A DNA stretch of 56,146 bases, filler included, from Squatina squatina (taxonomy: Eukaryota): NCBI GenBank assembly GCA_031763465.1. It is 3 parts of 3 records of this genome, joined end to end, with 100 filler letters (N's around TTAATTAATTAA, not from the genome) between each part and the next. Parts side by side here need not be neighbours in the genome. Positions count along the whole stretch, not along the records: positions 16,405 to 37,250 come from JARFOE010000013.1; 2 more parts are not named here. One strand, written 5' to 3'. A model generated the notes under the pieces. It made no database searches, had not been told where the DNA came from, and worked only from the letters and a program-made list of their open reading frames with translations. This document shows positions 24,913 to 37,350 of this stretch, one piece after another. A program made the position numbers and the translations under genes. Position 1 is the stretch's first letter. Each line of letters starts with the position of its first letter.

Positions 24913-25555
24913 ATTTATAGACCCCCCCCACCACATGGATCTGAACATGTCAGAGGAGACCTGTCATTATTGCTTCCATTTCACACGATAGGCTGCCACT
25001 GAGCTGCACCATCTGCTGCAGCACGATTTGCATTGAACATCCTGTGGAAGTGAAAGGTACAAGTTTTCAGGCTAATAGATCCGTCTCTGTGCCACATCAG
25101 GTTTTTGACAGTGCACACCTGTATCAAACAAGTGAGAAGTTCTATGTTTCCAAGGTACAACACCTTCAACGTTTGCCCTGTGGAACAGAGACATCAGCTA
25201 TACATGATGATGTAGAGCTCTCATGGCCTCCCTTGAGTGCCAGGTGTCGCAGACGGCATCCACGTGGGCAACAGGTTTCCCTATATCAACCCTACATGCA
25301 AAGAAACATTTGCACCCAATTACTGTTTAGGTTATGTCTAACCACAAAAAAAATATCATTATGCATGTCAGTGACGATTAACAAGGAAGCTGCTATAATA
25401 CCATCAGTAAATGGAAGTTTATTGTAGTGGCATTTTTTAAAGGGGCAACAACACCTGGGCTGAGGATGGGGGAATGGCTCTTAGGAGATAACCACTGACT
25501 TCTGCATCTATGGCTGGTGATCTTACTAAGAAACCCTCTAACAGCAGAGAAAGGC
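24913..25555 (+). pseudogene. HARBI1-like (PIF/Harbinger) DDE transposase relic
   Basis: Collinear motifs across broken frames: IYRP, LNMSEETCHYCFHFTR*AATELHHLLQHDL, PVEVK, SFQA, VHTCIKQV, GVADGIHV (25252), NHKKNIIMHV, GSCYN, WLLGD (25475), LWLVILLRNP. Confidence 0.85.
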
Positions 25556-28354
25556 TTAAGACTCAGCTGTTTGCTACCCCATATCCAACTCCCCACCCAC
25601 GCGAGAACCTGTCACCCAGCTTTGGCACAGTAAAAGAGTGCACACAGGAGGACAACAGTGACATGCAGTGCTTGAAATGGTACCTCCCAGAGCATATGGA
25701 GATCCCATCTAGTGCCAACCTTGATGGACCTCACAAGAAATGTTTGCAATAGTAACAAACACATTTACTATCACTTGCTTTCTGATACCAGCAAAATTCT
25801 TCCTCATTTACAACTAGGTACAAAGGATTCGGCTAACTACATGGACAATCTTCGTCCATGTAGTTTGCTTTTACTGGAGGGTGATATTCAGCCCCAAGGA
25901 GAGCACCCTTCTTTGGTATTGCTCCTGCTGTAGGACCTCCAGCTCTACAGTATCAAAGGGAGCTGTGTTGCCCACATGTCTCTGCTGTTCCATTGTGATC
26001 AGTTAGTCCACTTGTCTGTCCCTGCCACAACTTACACTTTAATGGCAAGCCACAACACTTTAAGAGCTGTTCCTTCACTGGATTTTCTGATCCCCAGTTG
26101 AAGGCCACACTTTCTGGCTTTGATTTTCTTGCACCTGTAGCCAATCTAAATTAGGGGGAGACACACCCATCTGAAAATTTGGCCAGGACATCCCTTTGCA
26201 TGATAGATGCAGGTGAACCTACATATTGGGTCAGCCAAGCCTAATCCTTCCCATTGTCAGAAAATCAAGCCTTTATATGTAGTAGTTGAACGCAATTGAA
26301 CATTCACCCAATTTTTTATAACTGCAGTATTTAGTATACAAGATATAAGCTTTTTATTTAATTCTTTGGCAAGCAGTGTCTTTGCGGTATTCAATCTGAC
26401 TTCATAATGGATCCTCCAGCTTATTTTAGTTCACATGTGATCAGCCACTTCTGTCCCAATCTCTCTACTTACTCTTAGATTTGCAACTCGACGCTCATTC
26501 TTCAACTCCTGCACTACTTGAATAAATCGACTGGCTTTTGAATTTCACAACACTCTGCATAACAAATAGAATTTTATAAATATCATAAATTACATGGAGA
26601 TGCCTTGCTTTTTCATGTAGACTATTTTTGTTTCTTCTCCAGCTGATCGCTTAATGATTCAAGTTAACTAATCTCCTGTATAATAGATTCATAATTTATC
26701 ATAATATGATGCACATCACTATAAAGGATGAGGCATTTCTCTAGGCTGCAAACAATAAATTAGCAACCTTATCAATCTTTTACATTGTCTAAGGATCTCC
26801 AGAAGCTTAACAGCATATGGCTGTGCTACAGACCAGCTCCAGGGACCTCATCAGCTGTTGTTCTGCAGTGGCTTCAATGCACTGTTGGAGTAACACAGAA
26901 TAATCAAATAAGAATAGCAAAACAGAAATAAAATGTGCAATCACTGGCTAGGAATTTTGGCAATTAAAAGTGCATCTATTTTCCAGAGGAAATGGGAAGT
27001 ATAATTGAGAGTTCTGCTCAGTTTCAACGATGAAGGCAAGACGTCTCCCGTCAATGTATACCATATGCAGGCACAGATGGAAGTCTGCACCATCTCATGT
27101 AGGCTGTTGTCTCACTTCCTGCACCGAGCTGTAAGGAGGGATATGTGCATGTGATTCTGGCTAATTGTGACTTGTCATAATGCTCTCTTTATTATTATAT
27201 TGGTACAGAGTAAATAATTAAACTGGCANNNNNNNNNNNNNNNNNNNNNNNNNNNNNNNNNNNNNNNNNNNNNNNNNNNNNNNNNNNNNNNNNNNNNNNN
27301 NNNNNNNNNNNNNNNNNNNNNNNNNNNNATTTCAGGACCCTGTAGATTTTAGAGGGATGGGGAGACCTGAGGGAGGTAAGGAGCTGCCCAGGCACATGGG
27401 TCAGGGAAGGAATGAGTCACAGTAGCAGATGGCGCAATGAATCTTGAATCGATATAGTGAAGACGCAGGTAGAAAGAAAAGTGTGTGGAACTGCATATTT
27501 TGAATTCAGGAGGCAAATTCTGAGAAGCAATAACCATAGTAGCATCAATAAAAAAAAGAATGACAAGAAAGGTTGCAACAGCGAGGGAAAGGTTGTGGGC
27601 TAAAGGTGGGGGAAGCATTTCTCATCAGGAATATTCTTGTATCCAGTAACACTTCACTATACAGCGGCCCTCCCGATAATTGAAGCAACAACTCCTGTGA
27701 CCTGATTTGTACCCTTTCAGCTCCTTGAACCAGCCCGCAACTCCAAAAAAAAGTAAAAATTCTTTGCTTCAGAACCAACAGTTCTCATTCTGCTAAAAAT
27801 ATCGTGGTGCACTACAGATTTGGTCCTGTTGCAGTTTTGCTAGGTGCTGGAAATGATCCATTTAGTAAGACACTGAGTACACAGCCATGCTGAAATGAAG
27901 AGAGCAAAAATCTCAAGTGCAGTGCCAGACGACTACTGGCCTAGCAGAGCAAACCCTGGGCTACAAATCATGAGTCTGTATAAAACCGTAATTGGTCCCA
28001 GAGGTTTTTATTGCACATCATAGGGACTGAGTGATAATATTTTGATGAATATTTCCTTTGCCACACAGTATTTAGATTTCCCATTGAGACTATAATAGCC
28101 TGTGTTGTAGTGGTATCCCTTGGGTCAAAGACTGTTTAGATATCAGTCTATCCCAGAATGAAAAACAGATGCCTGGAACAGCATAATGTGAGTTGAATTT
28201 TAACAAACTCAAGTTTCTACAGCTTGAACACTGATAGATACAAGTTATTATCTTACTGGCCAGCCTCCCATTGTGTTGTACATGGGTACTCAAAACCAAT
28301 TTGAATTGTTTAGTTCCCACCAGATTGGAGAGTGGTGGGCAGTGGAACCAATGT

Positions 28355-28582
28355 GGGGAGTGGGGCGGAGAAGAGAAGTAGGTGGATGGGGAGTGAGGTA
28401 GAAGAGCTGTGTAAGTGGAAAAGGAAGGGAAGTGGGAGAGGAGGGGAGCAGGAGGGAGAGATGAGGTAAGGGGGGAGATGGGAAGGGAAACAGGGAGGAG
28501 AGGGAGAAGAAAATGGGAGGGACAGGAGAGGAGAGAGTGGAAGGCGAGAGGAAGGAACAGGGGAACGAGAGGGGAAGAGAGT
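28355..28582. repeat. Polypurine (GA-rich) low-complexity tract
   Basis: Almost entirely G/A on the + strand up to a gap. Confidence 0.9.
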
Positions 28583-29329
28583 NNNNNNNNNNNNNNNNNN
28601 NNNNNNNNNNNNNNNNNNNNNNNNNNNNNNNNNNNNNNNNNNNNNNNNNNNNNNNNNNNNNNNNNNNNNNNNNNNNNNNNNNGTATGCATTAAGAGCTAC
28701 TCGTTTATATGATAAGCAGTTAGAGAGAGGTAAAAAGGAAGGCAGACTCATTATGACTCATATTTAAATTGCGTGTGAACAGATAGACTACAGACAATGA
28801 TCTCATTTATGAGAATGTGATTTTAACCAAGGTAGAGTCGAAATAAATATAGGAAGCAATACAATCTCAGAGTAATGAGGTGCACAAGCTAAGACAATAT
28901 AAGTTAGCCTGTTCGAGCTTCTTATTATGCATACAAATACTGATAAAAAAAGGTAGTGAGGCACAAATATGCCAATATTATAGATGCTTACAAATCCTCA
29001 GTTGGATGTGTGGTACGATGTCATAAATAAAGATGCAGCAAACGACATTTGTAGCATAATCAGAGGTAGTAATTAGTATTATATATTCACCTCCCATTTG
29101 AATATGAGTCGCTAAATTGCATTACTTTTATCACACTGTGAATTCGAAGTTAGTTTTCTGTGCAGGGTAATTCACTTAGTGAGAAGTGCCTAGAATATCA
29201 TCCAGCTTTCAATATGATTGATGAGTACGTGGGTATAAAAATGCAGCACTGTGGGGAAAAAAATACCAGCAGATTCCATAAAGAAGACACTGAGTGGTGT
29301 CTATTACAGTTTACTGATAGCTCAAATGA

Positions 29330-29584
29330 TAATGCACTGCAAAGTCGCTAGCGGGCATTCGCTTAATGTGTGCAACAACAAAAAATCGGAAAGTGCTCAA
29401 AATGCCTCCCCGATTGTCGGCTCACAGCGAGAGGTGATGCCTGCAGGGTGCACTGGTCATAGAAATCGTGAGATCGCTTTCCCTGACCTTCCATCCATTC
29501 AGTTTAGGGTCTGAAGATCCACATATTTTCCAGTCGCGATATCCCAACAGGAGTTGGTGTCGCCTGATTGGAATTTCAGCTCTC
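29330..29584. mobile_element. GC-rich MITE-like fragment
   Basis: CpG-rich block ending in GGAATTTCAGCTC. Confidence 0.4.
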
Positions 29585-29589
29585 GCGTG

Positions 29590-29750
29590 TGAAAGAGAGA
29601 AAGGTTAATATTTTGGGAAGCAGAGGGAGGTATTGATGTAGAATCGCACCCAAAACTTTAGCATTTTTTCCTCTCTTTCAAATACTGATCATCCTGCCTT
29701 ATGCTTCCAGATGTTTCTGTTTCTGTTTCAGATTCACGGATTTTCCTTTT
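29590..29750. mobile_element. Degenerate Penelope-like terminal repeats in inverted arrangement
   Basis: gagagaaaggttaatatttt ... cctctctttcaaatactgatcatcctgccttatgcttccagatgtttctgtttctgtttcagatt, related to 3183-3251. Confidence 0.45.
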
Positions 29751-30149
29751 ATTCATCTCTGAATAAGAACACCAATTTTGTGAAGTTTTGAACAAATTCC
29801 ATTCCTTATGAATTCTGTATAAATTGAATAATTGAACAAAGGAATGATTCTATTAAAAGAATAATATAACATAATCTATTGAGATAATTCTCTCTAGTTT
29901 TGTCTCAGCTCCATCTTAATACTAGATATTTTTTATATTCTTAGTAGATCTCCTGGGACATCGCTTATAAGGAGTCTGAGACATGTATTATGAGGTGAGG
30001 AATGGAGCAAATCAGTCAACCGGGGATTATAACCCAGGCCGGGGAGTGCAGCAGGTCGGCAGAGATGGAATGGCGCGTGAGGTCCAAGATGAAGCAGGAT
30101 TGGGGTAACTGGGAGCAGGGGAGCATAGGGCCTGAAGTTAATGGAGGCA

Positions 30150-30290
30150 TTCCTGGGGGGATGAGGCCAGGAATGGAGGGATTCCTGGAATGGAGGACAG
30201 TGCCATGAATGGGGGAAGAAAGATCATAGGATTGAGACCAGGAATGGAATTGTTCTTGGGACTGAGACCAGGTATGGAGGTGGGGAGCGG
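30150..30290. repeat. Degenerate tandem repeat, period about 30 bp
   Basis: Recurring tgag(g/a)ccaggaatgga units running into a gap. Confidence 0.55.
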
Positions 30291-31054
30291 NNNNNNNNNN
30301 NNNNNNNNNNNNNNNNNNNNNNNNNNNNNNNNNNNNNNNNNNNNNNNNNNNNNNNNNNNNNNNNNNNNNNNNNNNNNNNNNNNNNNNNNNCTTGAAATCA
30401 GAGGCCATGGATGGAAATCAAAGCAGAGATATATAGATGTGACAGGTAAAAATTCTTGTGGCAGATTTTTATTTTCTAGTTGTCATTTTGGTAGCCAAAC
30501 TTATGTTTTAGCAAATATTTATTTTTATTACCACTTTCTACCTTCATTTTGAGCTTTTCCTACCATTTCCTGAGCTTTGTCGGATGCAGCTTAAAAGACT
30601 TCAGTTGTGATTCTTGAATTATTCATTGATTATATTTTTTACTGATTCTCAAATTCAGCATAGTCTGTAAAATAATGATGCCAAGAACAATACAGAGTCA
30701 GAGATACCGAAAAGAGTGTAATGTAAGCCACTCATAACGGACTGTTGTGAGCACTGGCGTGCTGTCCATTATAACTCAGTGTCCAGTTTATCATGTTTGC
30801 ACTTGCAGTACTAAAATGAGTTGGTAAAATGAGCAACTGATTTTAAAGTCATTAAGCCTGTCCATATAATGACCTCCTGTGGAACCAACTGTTTTATCTT
30901 ACACAATTACAGCAACTTAGAGTACAGAGAAGAGTTAATGGAAAATCTATGACANNNNNNNNNNNNNNNNNNNNNNNNNNNNNNNNNNNNNNNNNNNNNN
31001 NNNNNNNNNNNNNNNNNNNNNNNNNNNNNNNNNNNNNNNNNNNNNNNNNNNNNN

Positions 31055-31184
31055 CGACACACCGACCTGCCGCTTCATTTCTGGGGCAGTAAGGGCAATT
31101 CTATGTCTTCCAGGTTGGGTGCTAAAAGTCCCGGCCGTGGAGAGTTACCACCCTAAATGGAGCTGAGGGGCAATTTCGCACCCT
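31055..31184. mobile_element. GC-rich MITE-like terminus
   Basis: Shares tcatttc(t/c)ggggc(a/g)gta with 38210-38230; ends in AATTTCGCACCC. Confidence 0.5.
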
Positions 31185-34174
31185 TGATTTTTTTTTAATT
31201 GCCACTACAGCCTATCATTATTTTTGTAAATTCTGAAGATAGTCGGATCGACCTTGCATCATTCTACCTCTGAATTAGGAGAGTAATCAAATGCCCATTC
31301 AAGAACATTCAGCAGATCTGTCCCCATTCCGGGCACCTATCAAATGGGATTCACAAATGCTACCTTAGTCTTTAAATTGGCCTAAAGGAACTTGATTTCC
31401 GACATTGTATTAGTTGCGTAATAATGTAACATTTTGGCTTGGTTGCAAATCACTTCCTTCAGTTCCTTTCTGATTTTATGTCTTTCAGGAAATTAATAAT
31501 GCATCAAAGTACTACCTACCACAGACGTGCCATTTACAGCAAGAACCTGCAGTGGACCTAAAGGACCTTGTTGCAATGCCTCTGCTTGTGTACCTCTATA
31601 TAAAGGGCAGAAAGAATATAAAATGAAAATGATACATGAGATCTTCTGAGTCAGATTAGTGTCTGCTCGCCATTTAATTAGAGTGATGTATTTTCCTGGT
31701 ATTTTGGACTACCAAACAGTAAAACATTTCCGCCAGGATTTCACTGATGAACGATCCACTGCGGATAAAAGAATGAGTGTTGGGGAGATTTTCTGTTTTC
31801 CCTTTCAAACTGTAAAATCCGAGGTCTAAAATTCAAAGTACTCTTCTCTTGCTCCCCAAAAAAGCTATTATTTTATATCGAATGACATTATNNNNNNNNN
31901 NNNNNNNNNNNNNNNNNNNNNNNNNNNNNNNNNNNNNNNNNNNNNNNNNNNNNNNNNNNNNNNNNNNNNNNNNNNNNNNNNNNNNNNNNNNCCCCCCGAC
32001 CTCCACCGCCTCCCCCACCACCTACTGCCTACTCACAGTATAGAGTCACTGTTAACAGTTACTGTATAATGATATACAGTTTCAGGCAATCATTGATTCA
32101 CCTTCTCTTATTAAATGTAGTGCTCCATAGTTGAACTGCCAAAGTGTGGTCCTGAAATTATGCTGTGGAAATAATAGCATTTGAACACTTAACACATTCC
32201 TAAGCAGATTCTTTGCCCACTATTTTGACAGAGGCATTAACACATTTTGTAAATTAGTTGGTGCCTATTTTGAAATAGCTGATAAAGGATAGGAGCAAGA
32301 ATGTGCCAAGCAATTGTATGCGAATATTCACAGGCTGTAATCTCAAGGTACCGTGCAAGCAATGCCAGAGAAAAAATACGTGTTTCACATGAGGAGAAAT
32401 AAGTTTGTGATATTCATACAATTTACAGAATGAATGGTTGAATTACTTCTCTTCACTGTATTAACATACAACAGTTTTGTTACAGTGAAAGGTAATAGAG
32501 CTTCTATAATGTGCTGTATTAACACCAAGAGTTTTGCCTAGGGCTGTGAGCATGCCATGAGTTAAGTAGTTCAGTCACAAACTAAACTGATTTCCAACTG
32601 CCTGACAGCAAGTTTGCTTTAAATGTAAATCAAAATAAATTGTTGTACTTCAGCTATCACCTTTTGTCTGTCACAGCTTGGCGAAGGTCGAAGGGACAAT
32701 ATTAATGTTTTTGATTCAGAGTTACAACCTTAGACTGACATAGGAACATTTGTCTTTACATTGCAACCAGAAAAAATTCACCCAAGATTTCACATACTAC
32801 TGAGGTAACAGTGAAAGAATACAGCAGCCAAGAAATTAGTGGCTTNNNNNNNNNNNNNNNNNNNNNNNNNNNNNNNNNNNNNNNNNNNNNNNNNNNNNNN
32901 NNNNNNNNNNNNNNNNNNNNNNNNNNNNNNNNNNNNNNNNNNNNNCCTCCCATGTGCCTTCTCTGGTCTCTCCGAAGGACTTAGAGATGAAAGAGAAGAG
33001 CCCCGCTGCACATGCCCAAATGTGGGGGCAGAAGACAATGAGTTTACATGGATCCCAGACTCTCAGGTAAGTTCATAGACATATTTGCGATCAGAGGCAT
33101 CCGGTCGCAATTTCAGTCCCGTTATGTTTTGCCATGTGGCACTTAAAGCTCAATTACAGTCAGAAGTGAACGGCCTGACATTACATGAGTGAGCCACAAT
33201 AAAGGAATACAATTCCGAGATAAATGCAGATTAATAAAATGCAAATCATGAAAAATCAGATGCAATTTCTTGTACAGGCCTCGTGTGGAAGTCCATATTT
33301 TAATTGCACACAGGTTTGCTACAGTCCCTTACAAAAGCCCAGCTCTCGTTAATTGCCGTGCATGCTCAGGAACAATAAGGTCTTGCAACTTTCTCAATTT
33401 AAAAGATGATTGTGACATATGGAAACTGTTTATGGTCTCATTATGTGACAACAACCGCAGGATCTAACCTGAAAAGTTAATAATGCAAACTTAATAATGC
33501 TCTATCTAAACACTAAAATACAATTTGACTATACCCTATGGTACCTGAAATTATTAACAACGTAACACCTCCAGCATCTGAATACTAATGTCAATTTGCA
33601 TTTTAACAATATGCTGTCTACTCACTTTTNNNNNNNNNNNNNNNNNNNNNNNNNNNNNNNNNNNNNNNNNNNNNNNNNNNNNNNNNNNNNNNNNNNNNNN
33701 NNNNNNNNNNNNNNNNNNNNNNNNNNNNNGATTATCAGAAAGTGCAGTGGTAACCTGGGACAATTGAGAAAAAAAGCTGACTGACTAAATGATTGGCACT
33801 GACAACCATATAAAACCATGCTAAACAGCCTCACAGCCCACCTTCAATGATGTGTGAGTCTAAGCAAATACCTAAGGATTGGCTCCTGGCAGTTTTATAT
33901 CTATTTCTCTTTACACAGTCGCTGTTTTGCTGTGAAACTGAAATAAAAATGTGTTACAGAAATAATCTTTTCTTAAATGGCTTGTACATGCAAATGAACA
34001 TGGCTACAACTTGGTCTCCCCCATCACCCACTACACACCCCGCCATGAACAATAAATACTTGTACAGACAGGATTCATTTAATATTCCCTGACCCAAAGA
34101 GCAATTAACAACCAATCAGATCTTATCATTTTTAAAATGTTCCGACTGACAGGGACACAACAAAGGACCCATGT

Positions 34175-34275
34175 ATCATCGGGCTAGGGAAAGGAAAATA
34201 AATCAATCAACCAGTATCCTTACTGCTCATCACTATCCAGTGATTCTGCAATGAAAGAGCACATGCATTGGGCAG
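34175..34275 (+). mobile_element. SINE fragment
   Basis: gggctagggaaaggaaaa..tccttactgctcatcactatccagtga; resembles the continuation of the SINE at 39505-39675. Confidence 0.45.
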
Positions 34276-34289
34276 AGAAAGAATGGCAT

Positions 34290-34366
34290 TGGGCTCTGAT
34301 ATTTTCCAAAATTCTCTAGATTCTGGATCAGTTCCTGTGGATTGGAGGGTAACAAATGTAACCCCA
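34290..34366 (+). mobile_element. CR1 LINE RT fragment
   Basis: IFQNSLDSGSVPVDWRVTNVTP. Confidence 0.9.
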
Positions 34367-35282
34367 NNNNNNNNNNNNNNNNNNNNNNNNNNNNNNNNNN
34401 NNNNNNNNNNNNNNNNNNNNNNNNNNNNNNNNNNNNNNNNNNNNNNNNNNNNNNNNNNNNNNNNNNAAACCAGGAATCTTAATCTAAACTCTATGAAATT
34501 TCAATATAAAAGAAAACAACTTGAAAGAGCAAAGATACATTTTAGAAAAATCACTATTATAAAAACAAGAATGACAATTTCTCTTGCCTCAGAGGTTCTT
34601 TAGTTAAAAGAGGACAACTATTCAGAAATCCATTATTCCCAAGACAAGAAAGCTGAATTGAAGAAAGATATGAAAAACCTGGTTCAGTTTTACAATCATC
34701 TCTGCATCTGACAGTTGCACTTCTTCACACGCTGATTTTATCCCTTTGAGGATTCAGATAGTAATATTTTACAGCAGTAAGATATAACAAGGTTATAGTT
34801 TTATCTAGCTCTCCTCATTGAATAATGGGAACGCAGAAGTGCCCTCTGTTAGTTCTCACCCTCCTATATGACGCTCAGTATTCAGTATTTGCCTGGGATT
34901 GATTTTTTGCAGGATAAAATGTGAATGTAAATGAATACTGAGAAGGATACTTCGGTTTTGATTTTCCAACACCTTGCAATTGTGCAATTTGAAAAAATAA
35001 ATATTGCACCTGGTTTGCATTTTTGACTAATCTTCAAACAGTCCACTTGCATCACCAGATTGATTTTGAGGTAAGTCTATCAAATCTTTACAACTGGACA
35101 GGTGTGACAGTGTTGTATTTCTGTTTGTTTTTCAAACAGCTGCTCTGGCTATTCACGGCATTTCTTTAATGTGTTNNNNNNNNNNNNNNNNNNNNNNNNN
35201 NNNNNNNNNNNNNNNNNNNNNNNNNNNNNNNNNNNNNNNNNNNNNNNNNNNNNNNNNNNNNNNNNNNNNNNNNNNATTTCAG

Positions 35283-35530
35283 AGGGTAGTTAAGAGTCTG
35301 AAGTCGCACATAGGCTAGACTGGGTAAGGACGCAGATTGCCTTCCCTAAAGGACATTAGTGAACCAGTTTTCTGAAAAAAAATGTAGCTTTTTAATTCCA
35401 AATTTAATTAATTAACTGAATTTAAATTCGCCAGCTGCTGTGGTGGGATTTAAACTCACATTGCTGAATTATTGGTTTAGGCCTCTGGATTAGTGGTCCA
35501 GTAACATAACCACTATGCTACCGTACTCCC
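35283..35530 (-). mobile_element. tRNA-derived SINE
   Basis: Minus strand has an A-box-like ggtagcatagtggtt, a B-box-like gagtttaaatcc, and ctggttcactaatgtcctttagggaagg; a partial second copy lies at 46394-46500 (+). Confidence 0.75.
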
Positions 35531-36479
35531 AGACACCAGAGGTAGTTGATTATGTGGTTCTTAACAAAAAATGAACAGAGAAATCAATCCTTAACGAATT
35601 TGGTCAGATAATGGCTGGCTGCTCCATGTATTTGGGGGAAGAAATTGATATCACATAATTGCACGCCATGTCACATTTATATATTTTAATGATCTGTAAA
35701 ACAATTCACTCTCTAAGGGCTGCACAGAGATCTTCAGCCTAAGAGATGGTACTTGCTATTTGTAAAATACAGTTAAATAAAAATTATTCTATGATTTCCT
35801 TTAGTTCTCTAATGACCAGAGATGCATCGAATTCACCATTATAGGGGCCATACAGTTGAAGTTAATCGTCCTGTACTTTGCAAGCTGAAGCAAAGATTCC
35901 AGATTCGGAGCATGAAACAGAAGTGAGGATCTCACTATGGGAATGGTCTTTGCTACATCATTATTAATTTAAACCACAGACGGGTATCATATGCAGCCTT
36001 GCTGGTTTTCATATTCGTCGCTTTTACCCGTCATTCCCTGAAATCCCGAATATTTAATGGATTAATAATGTGAGGGCCATATTCGGGCATTTCTTTCCAG
36101 CGCGGTTACATAGGGGGGCCTGTTTATCACGACAGGAATTATTCTAGTTAATGGACAGAGGGATGAATCTGTTAATTACATGTTTCACTCCAGAGGTTAA
36201 CTCCTGTACAGTAATAGCTACCTTGAGCACACAGTCTGGTATCTGCTGAAGGCGGCTGAAAGGGGTTTTATCTCAACAACTCATTTGAACTCTCTGCCAA
36301 CAGTGATTGGATCAACGAGTCTGTAAAGATCTTAAAAATTCGGTAATATTACAGACCTACTTTTTTTTTGTTATTAAAATTTGGATCAAAATATTGGAAG
36401 AATTGACTTGAATTTTGTAGTGGTCTACCTTATTTAAACCCGAACATCAAAATATCACTTAGATTTAGGATAATGACTA

Positions 36480-37250
36480 CCATTTAAGTCACCCTGTAGT
36501 CACATTGCCCGCATTGTAGGTGGCATTTAGCGAGAAAGTATGAAGACATATTGAAAGAGGAGCCCACATGTGCCTCGACGTAAGAGCAAATAATGCTCTT
36601 TGAGTGGAGAGAGATTTGTAAGTATTGGTGTGCGCGCCAGAGGGATCAAATGACAAATCAAGAAAGCACATCAATAAATAATTGGGTCCATTTATTACAA
36701 TCATCCGTTTGTACGTCTCGTGTTATTAATCTATAGCTTACTCCGTCTGTACCCATAGGTCAAAGAACACCAACCACAACACAAAGAAGGAACAAGAGCC
36801 GCGTCCAATTCGTGCAAAGAAACCTTATTTTTTTGTGATAAAGCACTTGTTCGAAACGAGCTCACCTACAGAAACGATACATGAATATTCCCCCAGATTT
36901 CAAAAACCAAGTAAAACCCACGCCACCGAATCTGGACTTGTCCTTTACTTAAGGATATATATTAACACGAAAGAAAGCATTGCTAGAACATTGAAATCAA
37001 AACCTGACTTTATTTAATTACGCCGCAGTTCGAGACGTCAGTTTGGCGAGTCGGGGGTCAGGTCCAGCGGAGGCCCATCAATAATCCGCCCGGAAGAAAA
37101 TCCAGCTTTTTCTAGCCAGAAATTGTCCTTGTCAATAAAATTCACTTGATATCCTAAAGAGCACTGTCATCAGAACTACTTGGAACCACGCCGGCCGAGG
37201 CGATTGTCAGTATTCACAGAAATGACTTGAATCTGTAGGTAATCGGTCTG
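36480..37250. promoter_or_regulatory. CpG-enriched, promoter-like region
   Basis: High CpG density without recognisable repeat motifs; GACGTCA (37034), CCGCCC (37086), CCGGAAG (37090). The contig ends here. Confidence 0.4.
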
Positions 37251-37350
37251 NNNNNNNNNNNNNNNNNNNNNNNNNNNNNNNNNNNNNNNNNNNNTTAATT
37301 AATTAANNNNNNNNNNNNNNNNNNNNNNNNNNNNNNNNNNNNNNNNNNNN
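37251..37350. other. Artificial contig-join linker
   Basis: Exactly 44 N + TTAATTAATTAA + 44 N. Confidence 0.95.

Noticed and set aside
28290-28767. Pro/Ser/Leu-rich and Gly/Arg/Glu-rich ORFs
   Set aside because: They are translations of the polypurine low-complexity tract.
35404-35415. A third TTAATTAATTAA linker
   Set aside because: It is not flanked by Ns and falls in the AT-rich part of a SINE, so it is natural sequence.
35440-35530. tRNA gene
   Set aside because: The A and B boxes belong to a SINE head, and no cloverleaf can be formed.
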